From Scyliorhinus canicula (lineage: Eukaryota), in contig NC_052170.1 in assembly GCF_902713615.1 (NCBI RefSeq), positions 12,696,744 through 12,760,743 of the forward strand: a stretch of DNA of 64,000 nt, written 5' to 3'. The position numbers were made by a program, and so were the translations under genes. The notes under the pieces were generated by a model. That model saw only the letters and a list, made by a program, of their open reading frames with translations, was not told the DNA's origin and ran no database searches. Below are positions 37,571-48,264 of this stretch, in pieces (positions within the stretch are counted from its first letter, which is position 1; every line of letters begins with the position of its first letter).

Positions 37571-38112
37571 AAAAAACGGGTTGTTTGACCTTAGTCTGGA
37601 AGTGCGTCAATTTTTTAAAATTCCCATAATGTTTTCAAACCCCTCCATGGCCTTGGCCCTCCTCGCTATCTGTGTAATCTCCTGTAGCTCCCGCAACCCT
37701 CTGAGATCTCGGTGTTCCCCCAATTCTTGCATCTTGCGTATCCTCAGATTTTAAACATACCGCTGGTGGCCATTAGCTGTCACGAGCCCCAAGCGCCGGA
37801 ACTTCTGACTTAACCTCTCTCTATCTCTCCCATTCGAGGACATTCTTTCAAATCCACCACTTTGACCAAGTTTTTAATCGCCTCGAATATCTGTCTGAGT
37901 GCTTTAAGTGTCAAATGTTCTATGATAACGTGACACACCTTGGGATGGTTCACTAGGTCAAAGGTGTTATGTCTGTGGAAGCCATATGGTTCCCATCTTG
38001 ATTCTGAATGCGGCCCACAGGACATTTTGTTGACCGTTGCCCAGGCGCAGGGTCGCCACATTCTGCTGATTCCCATCTATGTAGATTTTTCCTACCACTC
38101 TGACTGAAGCAG

Positions 38113-38139
38113 TTCACACGTAAAACGAAGGTGAATGAA
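38113..38139 (+). CDS. IgSF receptor micro-exon: basic juxtamembrane stop-transfer peptide FTRKTK(VNE)
   Basis: Acceptor ttttcctaccactctgactgaagcag; phase 0. Donor either AAG|GTGAAT (38130) or GAA|GTGAGG (38139). Supplies the basic residues expected after a TM helix. Confidence 0.5.
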
Positions 38140-38404
38140 GTGAGGTGTGTGCTGTTTGCTCACAACATCGACTGTGAGAGCCGTGAGCGCCAATCAAAAC
38201 GTCAATATTTATTATATTTTTGCCATTTGAAGTTGATGACAGTTCTGTTAATATATAAATGATTAAGCTTTTTCTATAACTCGTTAGGAAATATTTACCC
38301 TGTATTAAATGTATTTAATCTTATCCATGGGGTCACGGTTAGTGAACGAGCCCCGATTTCAACCTTGCGGCCCACTGAGATGGAGGAGGGTCACTCCTGC
38401 GGCC

Positions 38405-38590
38405 CACTCACTGGCCCAGGTTGCACACTCACTGGCCCAAGTTGCACACTCACTGGCCCAGCTCGCACACTCACTGGCCCAGGTTGCACACTCACTGGCC
38501 CAGGTTGCACACTCACTGGCCCAAGTTGCACACTCACTGGCCCAGCTTGCACACTCACTGGCCCAGGTTGCACACTCACTTGCCCAGTTG
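38405..38590 (+). repeat. 21-bp tandem repeat (~9 units, CACTCACTGGCCCAGGTTGCA)
   Basis: Directly visible. Variant order G,A,C,G,G,A,C,G suggests an 84-bp higher-order duplication. Intronic. Confidence 0.95.
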
Positions 38591-39074
38591 TTTTTTAAAT
38601 GCCAGGTCGGGTGGGGGAGTTGAGAGGAGGGAGGGGTTCACCATCAAATCTGATCTTGGAATCAGGCAATGTCCAGCCAGTGTCTGGATAAATCTGGTTC
38701 CATGCCCAATACGGTTTTCCGTTGTTAATATTAGGGATGACCTTTTACCCCCTCAGGTGGCCTTGAGGTTATTGCCTTGGTACAAGTTTCCTTCCTGTTT
38801 TTGGATGAGAGCTGAGTCTCAGATCTGTTGGCCATGCATCGTCAGGGGAGACTTTACATAATCAGTGTCAATTATTGGATACTTAACATAAATGAGACAC
38901 TATGGGATTAAGCCCATTACCGATAAGCCTTCCTGCCACTGAACAGGAAGTGGTGCATATTTTGAAGGGGACATGATAGGGGGACAAGGGGAAACGAGAT
39001 GGGGTTAACACTTCCGTCCGACGTAGCTATGACAAGGCCATAATTCCAAATGGTTATGTCTTTCTTCCTTTAAG

Positions 39075-39149
39075 GCGCCGTCACAACCAACTGCTGACGT
39101 CTACGAGACTCTGAATGTGGCTGATTCCCAGAAGCCCAGCACCCAAAAG
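39075..39149 (+). CDS. IgSF receptor cytoplasmic exon with YETL motif
   Basis: Acceptor tctttcttcctttaag, donor AAG|GTAACT; 75 nt, phase 0-0; APSQPTADVYETLNVADSQKPSTQK. Confidence 0.72.
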
Positions 39150-39884
39150 GTAACTAAGAGCGGACAGGAGCTGATGGGTGCGGGCACGGGGAGGTGTTGC
39201 TGGTGGGTGCCAGGGTGTGAGTCCAGGCTATTCCGTCCTCTGAGCAGTTTGAGACAGCTTTGAGCAGAGCCGCTCACCTGTCATGGGAGAGCAAAGTACG
39301 AGGACATTGGGGTGGAAAGGTATTTAACAGGGCATAGTTTGGGTGCATTATTCTGGTTGGGGGTGGGGGAGAAAGTGGATCATGTTTCAAAGTGTTGGTT
39401 CTAACGGTACGGGGCGGCACGGTGGTTAGCACTGTTATACATTTAGCTGCTGTTGTATAAAGAGTCAAAGGTTCTGCTCCTTTTCCAGAAACACCTTTAA
39501 TTTACTTCAACAGACTCTGCACAAAACATCACATCACCTGGCACAAAGGCCACCTGAAGCCCCTTTACATAATCAGTGTCAATTATTGGATACTTAACAT
39601 AAATGAGACAACTCATTGGAATGTCTCTTAACCCATTACTTAACAAGCACAGTGCCAGGGTCCCAGGATCGATTCCCGGTTTGGGTCACTGTCTGTACGG
39701 AGTCTGCATGTTCTCCCTGTGTCTGCCTGGGTTTCCTCCGGGCGCTCCAGTTTCCTCCCACAAGTCCCGAAATTCGTGCTTGTTATGTGCATTGGACATT
39801 CTGAATTCTCCCTCTGTGTACCCGAACAGGCGCCGGAGTGTGGCGACTAGGGGCTTTTCACAGTAATTTCATTGCAGTGTTAAT

Positions 39885-40282
39885 CTGCATATGATATGCA
39901 GATAATGATATACAGACAGGCAGCTAATGAACGCAGAGAACAGGACATGGCCAATGAGCAGGCAGGACACTCAGGGGTGGTATCTCACTATAAAAGGCAC
40001 GAGGCACTCACACTCCGCCTCTTTCCACTGATGAACATCTACAGAGTGAGTCAGGGTGTATGTACAGTATCACACCTCCAGCACGTGGCTAAGAGCTAGT
40101 CTGGTTCAGTCAGACAGAGTAACCACACTTAGGTCAGCAGAGAGTCGAACTCACAGAGAACTGTGCTAACTGCGCTACTGGTTCAATAAATCAGATTGAA
40201 CTAACTTCAAGATCTGGAGCATCTTTTGGTCAAAGCTGCATCCAGTTGCAGCCTGTGTTATCTCAGAGTACATAACCCAACA
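39885..40282 (+). mobile_element. Solo LTR-like element in the last intron of the receptor gene
   Basis: CCAAT ~39951, TATAAAA 39989, AATAAA 40185, 3' end CCCAACA like the LTR at 4780-5177; splits a SINE tail; 5' end has the palindrome ATCTGCATA-TGA-TATGCAGAT. Confidence 0.7.
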
Positions 40283-40552
40283 AATGTAAGCCTATGTGTG
40301 CCAATAATAAAGATTATTATTATTCAGCGCGCGGGGCTGGATTGGGTACAGTTTTTGCAGATGGATGTCTGAACGATGATGAGGTAGGGAGGGTTGGATT
40401 CTGCACAGTACATTTTCCTGGAATCTTGCTGCTTGGGGAAGCTCCTCATCTTCCATCTGATCCAGAGACTAAAAGGGGATTGTGAAACACTGAACTGGCA
40501 AGACTGTGGGCACGATCATCTCAGTGACCTCTGCTTTTTATTTTGTTTTAAG

Positions 40553-40600
40553 GTGCATGATGCCATTTATGCAAACACTGAGCAAATCGGGAAGCTTTAA
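40553..40600 (+). CDS. IgSF receptor terminal coding exon with YAN motif
   Basis: Strong acceptor ctgctttttattttgttttaag; phase 0; VHDAIYANTEQIGKL then TAA. Confidence 0.72.
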   Translation: MHDAIYANTEQIGKL

Positions 40601-40606
40601 TGTAGT

Positions 40607-42055
40607 GCCACGGGAGGCATTACCAAGGTAAGCCAAGAGGAGGCATTACCAAGGTAAGCCAAGGGGAGGCATTACCAAGGTAAGTCATGGGGAGGCATTA
40701 CCAAGGTAAGCCAAGGGGTGGCATTACCAAGGTAAGCCAAGGGGAGGCATTACCAAGGTAAGCCAAGGGGTGGCATTACCAAGGTAAGCCACGGGAGGCA
40801 TTACCAAGGTAAGCCAAGGGGAGGCATTACCAAGGTAAGCCAAGGGGAGGCATTACCAAGGTAAGCCAAGAGAGGCATTACCAAGGTAAGCCATGGGGAG
40901 GCATTACCAAGGTAAGCCATGGGGAGGTATTACCAAGGTAAGCCATGGGGAGGCATTACCAAGGTAAGCCATGGGGAGGCATTACCAAGGTAAGCCAAGG
41001 GGAGGCATTACCAAGGTAAGCCATGGGGAGGCATTACCAAGGTAAGCCATGGGGAGGTATTACCAAGGTAAGCCATGGGGAGGCATTACCAAGGTAAGCC
41101 AAGGGGAGGCATTACCAAGGTAAGCCAAGGGGAGGCATTACCAAGGTAAGCCATGGGAGGCATTACCAAGGTAAGCCAAGGGGAGGCATTACCAAGGTAA
41201 GCCATGGGAGGCATTACCAAGGTAAGCCAAGGGGAGGCATTACCAAGGTAAGCCAAGGGGTGGCATTACCAAGGTAAGCCACGGGAGGCATTACCAAGGT
41301 AAGCCAAGGGGAGGCATTACCAAGGTAAGCCAAGGGGAGGTATTACCAAGGTAAGCCAAGAGAGGCATTACCAAGGTAAGCCATGGGGAGGCATTACCAA
41401 GGTAAGCCATGGGGAGGTATTACGAAGGTAAGCCAAGGGGAGGCATTACCAAGGTAAGCCATGGGGAGGCATTACCAAGGTAAGCCATGGGGAGGTATTA
41501 CCAAGGTAAGCCAAGGGGAGGTATTACCAAGGTAAGCCAAGAGAGGCATTACCAAGGTAAGCCATGGGGAGGTATTACCAAGGTAAGCCAAGGGGAGGCA
41601 TTACCAAGGTAAGCCAAGGGGAGGCATTACCAAGGTAAGCCACGGGAGGCATTACCAAGGTAAGCCATGGGAGGCATTACCAAGGTAAGCCAAGGGGAGG
41701 CATTACCAAGGTAAGCCAAGGGGAGGCATTACCAAGGTAAGCCAAGGGGAGGCATTACCAAGGTAAGCCATGGGAGGCATTACCAAGGTAAGCCAAGGGG
41801 AGGCATTACCAAGGTAAGCCATGGGAGGCATTACCAAGGTAAGCCAAGGGAGGCATTACCAAGGTAAGCCATGGGAGGAATTACCAAGGTAAGCCAAGGG
41901 GTGGCATTACCAAGGTAAGCCAAGGGGAGGCATTACCAAGGTAAGCCATGGGAGGCATTACCAAGGTAAGCCAAGAGGAGGCATTACCAAGGTAAGCCAA
42001 GGGGAGGCATTACCAAGGTAAGCCAAGGGGAGGCATTACCAAGGTAAGCCAAGGG
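40607..42055 (+). repeat. 26-bp minisatellite array (~55 units, GGCATTACCAAGGTAAGCCAAGGGGA and variants)
   Basis: Directly visible tandem array; invariant core with quasi-palindrome TTACC-AA-GGTAA; variable part AAGGGG/ATGGGG/ATGGG/ACGGG/AAGAG. Unit count estimated from length. Confidence 0.97.
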
Positions 42056-42169
42056 AAGATGCACAGCAGGAGATAAAAGCAACATGTTGTTGAAGAACCA
42101 CCTCTCGACCTTGAAGTCTTTAATATGAGCAGCCAGTTGCTTAATTAAAAAAACAGACAGACCTTCCCG

Positions 42170-42740
42170 CTGTGGAATAGAGATGTAGCATAGAGTTTTA
42201 CAGCACAGACAGAGGCCCTTCAGCCCATCGTGTTTGCGCCGGCCATCAAGCACCTATCCCATTTTCCAGCACTCAGTCCGTAGCCATGTACGCGCTGGTG
42301 TTTCAATTGCTCATCTGAATGCTTCTTAAACGCTGTGAGGTTTCCCACCTCTTCCACCCTTTCAGGCAGCGAGTTCCAGATTCCCATCACCCTCTGGATG
42401 GAAAGGCTTTTCCTCAAATCCCCTCGAAATCTCCTGCCCCCTTACCTCAGATCGATACCCCTTGGTTATTCACCTCCCCCCCCCTACTAATGGGGGTGGG
42501 GTGGGGGAGGCATAGATTTTAAGTGACTGGCAGAAGAATGTTAGGTGGGTTGAGGAGATTTATTTTTCACCTGTGGGAGGAAAGGGTAGTAGGGGCAGAA
42601 ATCTTCATCACATGTAAAAAAATACTTGGATGTGCCTAACTTGCAAGGTTATGGACCAAATGTTTAATAGTGGAGTTGGCTGTATAGCTCTTTTTTTGAC
42701 AAGCAGAATGGGCTGAATGGCCTCCTTCAGTGCAGTAAAT
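42170..42740. mobile_element. Two degenerate CR1 3' ends in opposite orientation
   Basis: QRVMGIWNSLPERV on -, a complementary remnant on +. Confidence 0.65.
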
Positions 42741-43404
42741 GTTTTTCAGTATGAGGGATGGGGAAAACGTGACAAGGTACATTATCACCACTCTGAACTG
42801 GTGCCGAATATAGACACTGCTTTTTTTTCTTCCAATCCTCTCATACTATTCCAGTGTTCCACTCCCTCATAAACGGATGTCAATGACTCAAGTCGCAAGC
42901 TTCTCTCTCCTCACGCTCTGAGGTAAATTTCGCCCAACATGAGGAATTTATCTGGTCTTATAGATAAGGGGGTGAGGCTGTTCAGCTCTGTCAAAAAAAA
43001 ACAATCCTCCCGAATATTGGACCTGCCGATAATGGTCAGAAGTTATGACAATGCCTCCCTGCCAAGTCGGATTTTACCGCTTTTGTGAGGGCCACGAAGG
43101 ATCCTGTATGATGGATAGCTGGGAAAAGGCTAATAAAAACATAGAAAATAGGAGCAGGAGGAAGCCATTCGGCCTTCAAGCCTGCTCCGCCATCCACTAT
43201 GATCATGGCTGACTCGTGGCGCCGAGGAGCCGGGTCACTGTCCCTGTGGAGTTTGCACATTCTCCCCCCGTGTCTGTGTGGGTCTCACCCCCACAACCCA
43301 AAGATGTGTAGGGTAGGTGGATTGGCCACGCTAAATTGCCCCTTAATTAAAAAAAAGATCATGGCTGATCATCCAGCTCAATAGCCTAATCCTGCTTTCC
43401 CCCC

Positions 43405-44812
43405 ATATCATAGAACATAGAATAATCCAGCACAGTACAGGCCCTTCGACCCACAATGTTGTGCCGATCATTTATCCTCATCTAAGATCAACCTAACCTA
43501 CACCCCTTCAATTTACTGTTGTCCATGTGCCTGTCCAAGAGTCGCTTAAATGTCCCTAATGAATCTGACTCCACCACCTCTGCTGGCAACGCATTCCACA
43601 CACCCACCACTCTCTGTGTAAAGAACCTACCTCTGACATCTCCCCTATACCGTGCTCCAATCACCTTAAAATTACGTCTCCTCGTGACAGCCATTTCCGC
43701 CCTGGGGAAAAGTCTCTGGCTATCCACTCTATCCATGCCTCTCATCACCTTGTACACCTCTATCAAGTCACCTCTCTGCCTTCTTAGCTCTAGTGAGAAA
43801 AGCCCTAGCTCCCTCAACCTTTCTTCATAAGACATGCCCTCCAGTCCAGGCAGCATCCTGGTAAATCTCCTCTGCACCCTCTCCAAAGCATCCACATCCT
43901 TCCTATAATGAGGCGACCAGAACTGGATACAATATTCCAAGTGTGGTCTAACTAAAGTTTTATAAAGCTGCAGCAAAACCTCACGGCTCTTAAACTCAAT
44001 CCCCCCGTTAATGAAAGCCAACACACCATACGCTTTCTTAACAACCCTATCAACCTGAGTGGCAACTTTGAGGGATCTATGTATGTGGACCCCACGATCC
44101 CTCTATTCCTCAACACTTCCAAGAATCCTGCCTTTAACCCTGTATTCAGCATTCAAATTTGACCTTCCAAAATGAATCACTTCACATTTATCAAGGTTGA
44201 ACTCCATCTGCCACTTCTCAGCCCAGCTCTGCATCCTGTCAATGTCCTATTGTAACCTGCAGCAGCCCTCGATACTATCTAATAACAATAATAATCTTTT
44301 ATTGTCACAAGTATGAAGTTACTGTGAAAAGCCCCTAGCCACCACATTCTGGTGCCTGCTCGGGTAAGCTGGTACGGGAATTGAACCCGCGCTGCTGGCC
44401 TCGTTCTGCATTACAAACCAGCTGTCTAGCCCACTGAGCTAAACTAGCCCTCCTGAGCTAAACGCGCCCTCTACAACTCCACCAACCTTTGTGACATTGG
44501 CAAACTTACTAACCCACCCTTCCACTTCCTCATCCAAGTCATTTCTAAAAATCACAAAGAGCAGAGGTCCCAGAACAAATTCCTGCGGGACACCACCGGT
44601 TACCGACCTCCAGGCGGAATACTTTCCATCCACTACCACTAGCTGTCTTCTTTCGGCCAGCCAATTCTGTATCCAGACAGCCAGATTTCCCTGTATCCCA
44701 TCCCCCTTAACTTCCTGAATGAGCCTATCATGGGGAACCTTATCAAATGCCTTACTGAAATCCATATACACCACATCCACTGCCCGACCTTCATCAATGT
44801 GTCTCATCACAT
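43405..44812 (-). mobile_element. Longest CR1 fragment (RT to 3' tail), SINE inserted ~44281-44450
   Basis: ORFs 44439-44810 and 43488-44024 carry DFSKAFDKVPH, GVPQ..VLGP, LYKTLVRPHLEYCIQFWSP. Confidence 0.93.
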
Positions 44813-44877
44813 TCTCAAGGAATCCTTGATCCCCTTCGCCCTAAGTGCTGTATCTAACTGCTTCTTAAAAACATGCG

Positions 44878-45559
44878 GGTCGGGATTCTCCCCTACCTGG
44901 CGGGGCGGGGCGTACCGGTACCGAGGAGTGGCGTCAACCACTCCGGCGTCGGGCAGCCCGGAAGGTGTGGAATCCTCCGCACCTTCAGGGGCTAGGCTGG
45001 CACCAGCGGGGTTGGCGCCGCCCAACCAGCGCGGAAGGGCTTGGCGCGGCGCCGAACGGCCTCCGCCGGCCGGCGCGAGTTGGTGCATGCGCGGGAGCAC
45101 CAGCGTGTGCTGGGGTCATGCCAGCGCTCACGCATTGGGGTTCTTCTCTGCAGCGGCCATGACGGAGGTTGACAGCAGCCAATGCGGAGGGAAAGAGTGC
45201 CCCCACGGCACAGGCCCGCCCGCGGATCGGTGGGCCCCGATCGCGGGCCAGGCCACCGTGGGGGCACCCCCCGGGGACAGATCCCCCCTCCTCTCCCCCA
45301 AGGACTCTGCAGGCTGCCCATAGAGCCAGGTCCCGCTGGTAAGGACCTGGCTTGATTTACGCCGGCAGGACCAGCCGAAAACGGGCGGCCGCTCGGCCCA
45401 TCACGAGCCGGAGAATCGCCGGAGAGGCGTGCTTCCTGCCCCCGCCAAAACCCCGGCGCCGGAGAATTCGACAGCCGGCGTCGGGGCGGGATTCACGCCA
45501 CCCCCCCCGACGATTCTCCGACTCAGCCCGGGGGGGGGGGGGGTTGGAGAATCCCGCCC
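44878..45559 (-). mobile_element. GC-rich PIF/Harbinger-like MITE, copy 3 (inverted)
   Basis: Same TIRs, internal sequence is the reverse complement of copies 1 and 2; flanks GCG/ACG. Confidence 0.75.
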
Positions 45560-45569
45560 ACGATGTTTT

Positions 45570-45860
45570 GGCCTCAATTACTTCCTGTGGTAACAAATTC
45601 CACAGGGTCACCACCCCCTGGGTGAAGAAATGTCTCCTCACGTCTGTCCGAAATGGTCTACCGCGTATCCTCAGACTGTGACCCCTGGTTCTGGACACAC
45701 CCACCATCGGGAACATCCTTCCTGCATCTACCCTGTTAGAATTTTACAGGTTTCTATGCGATTCCCCTCACTCGTTTGATCTCCAGCGAATACGATCCTA
45801 ACCGATTCAACCTTACCTCATACGTCAATCCAGCCATTCCAGGAACCAGTCTGGTTAAAC
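45570..45860 (-). mobile_element. CR1 3' fragment
   Basis: GHSLRIRGRPFRTDVRRHFFTQGVVTLWNLLP. Confidence 0.85.
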
Positions 45861-48264
45861 CCATTCCCAGCAACATACAGATTAATGGAGGAGATACCAG
45901 TGAGATTAAAATAACAAAGAGGGGAGGCGGTGGGTGGGAGGGCGTTTCTGTGGAACCAGGGATGAAGAATGGTGCTTGAAGCTAAAAATGAAGTAAGCAG
46001 GTGCGAGACCATCAGTATAAACAGGGAATTCTGTGACAGGAATGGGTGGAATTAAGCAGGGAAGAGATGGATGTGGGGTTGGGACAGATGATGGATATAT
46101 TGGTCCACGAAGGGGCATTGGGGCCCAGAGAGATGGTCAAGGCCATCCTGTTGGATGAAAGCCATGAGCCACGCTCATTCTGAACTCCCTTCTATTTAAA
46201 TTATTTTGCAGATCGCCAAAGAAAGTTGAACAAAAGGCTCATCATCCGTATCTTGAGACTCAACAGCTCCGCTCACATTCTTCGCTCCACCACTGTCCAC
46301 CAGGGTCCAGCTGGTGGGTGGTAAAATGGATTATATCCCTTTCTACGGCCTTATCACTCATACAGAGCTTGCATGGCAATCGCAGATGTGCCTTATCGCT
46401 ATGCATTCACCCTCATTGGATGGAATTCACCCATTGTCACAACACATTGGGGCATCAAGGCTCAAAGCTACGAATAGCCGGACGGATTCGCAACCCTGCT
46501 TCCACTGTTCCCAGTCCCGGTCCCTGAGCGCAAGGGAGGGCCCCGGGGGCCAATCAAACCAGCACCGACAGATAGAACCATAGGTGCAGAAAGAGGCCGA
46601 TCAGCCCATCGTGTCTGCACCGGCCAAAAGGAGAATAAGGAATCCCTGAACTGTGTGGAGTCTGCACGTTCTCCCCGTGTCTGCGTGTGTTTCCTCCGGG
46701 TGCTCCGGTTTCCTCCCGCAGTCCCAAAGATGCGCTTCGATAATTGCCTCTTAGTGTCCAAAACGTTCAGTGGGGTTACAGGGATAGGGCGGGGGCACGG
46801 TGGGTAAGGTGCTCCTTCGGAGGGTCAGTGCAGGCTCGAAGGGCCGAATGACCTCCTTCTGCACTGTAGGTATTCGATGAACCTAATCCCATTTTCCACC
46901 ACCTGGCCCATACCTTGCAGGTTGCAGCAAGATGCAGATCCGGGTACCTTTAATATGGGGTGACCATTTCAGCCTGAGCGTGGTGAGAAGTGGACCTCTT
47001 GTCCACCTGTTGCTGTCCTGTCCTGTTCTGGGATAGCAGGAGAGAAAGACAGGAACACCTGGCATAGGGAAATTAAGCTTTTATTCAAACCATCCATTTG
47101 CATCCTTCACAACTGTACAGTCAATATTTGTCAGTGATTAAATAAACTGGTAATTCAAGTCTTGGCTGTTTGTTCCCAGGTAGGCTCCTGTTCTTTTGTT
47201 GGCATTTTCAGATTCAGTCTGGCTGGACTGTCGATGATTTCTCCTTCTATTCCAGGTTCGATGCACGGACCTGCTGTCCTAACTGATTTGCTTCTAGTTG
47301 ATCTAATTTCAGTGATAGCCCCTTCCCATTGATAATGACAGCAGCCCTTCCGTTCCACTGAAAATGACTGCTTATTCTCAACAGCAGGCAGCAGTGGCCC
47401 GGTTGATCACACTCGCACCTCTGCGTCGGAAGGTTACAGACTCATGTCCACGCTCCCAGGGGCTTGAGCACAAAGTCTGCACTGAGGGAATAATGAGCTT
47501 TCTGAGGTACCTGCAGCCCCTCTCAAATGGAATTAAGTAAAAGGATCCCACAGCACAATTGGAAGGAAAGCAGAAGAGCCTATCCCTGTTGTCCAGGCTA
47601 CTAAAGTGAAGTCACCATAGGCCCTGATGACTCTTTGAGGGGAAGAACTGACTGGTTTATTTAACCTGAGGATCACCACACCTCAGGAGAGGGACAAGGT
47701 TGAAAAGCCAGGACCTTCAGAGAATCCCTACAGTACTGAAGGAGGCCATTCGGCCTACTGAGTCGGCACTGCCCTGGGTCCCACTCCTCCTACCCCTGTA
47801 ACCCCATAGCCTCATCTAACCTTCATATCTCGCATTCAAAGTATCATCTTCATTATTGACATTGTCTATATGTGTGTTTATGGAACCCACCTCTTCACTC
47901 ACCTGAAAGTGATTCCAAACAAACCTGTTGGACTTTAACAAAAAGTTCAACCCCAGTCCAACGTCGGCATCTTCATATCGTTCAACTGTGGGAGGAGCAC
48001 CTGGTATAGGGATTGAACCTGCGCTGTTGGGCCTTGCTCACAAACCAACTGCCCAGCCAACTGAGCTAAACCCAGGCTAATATTTATCATTCAAAATGGA
48101 TTAGCTGGCCTTGTGGGTGTTTGTTGTATGTAAATTGGCTACTGTGTTTCCTTCATTACAACAATCTACTTAAGAAACAGTCATTAGGGCCCCTACCCCC
48201 ACTCACTATCTGCAGCCTCGCTACGCTGCGAATCCCCCCCCCCCCCCCCCCCCCCTCTCTTTGC

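Noticed and set aside
38309-38861. ORFs of repeated heptapeptides (HSLAQVA, TLTGPGC, HTHWPRL)
   Set aside because: A 21-bp unit without stops keeps several frames open on both strands; there are no supporting splice sites and it lies in an intron.
40620-40640. NR5A/ERR nuclear-receptor sites in the 26-bp array (CCAAGGTAA)
   Set aside because: It misses the required terminal CA of YCAAGGYCA; the splice-donor reading fits better.
40607-42055. CRISPR-like array (26-bp repeats with an internal palindrome)
   Set aside because: Units are contiguous with no unique spacers, there are no cas genes and the context is vertebrate; it is a minisatellite.
46120-46312. Minus-strand peptide WTLVDSGGAKNVSGAVESQDTDDEPFVQLSLAICKII as an exon
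   Set aside because: Short, with a weak acceptor, stops immediately upstream and no recognisable family.
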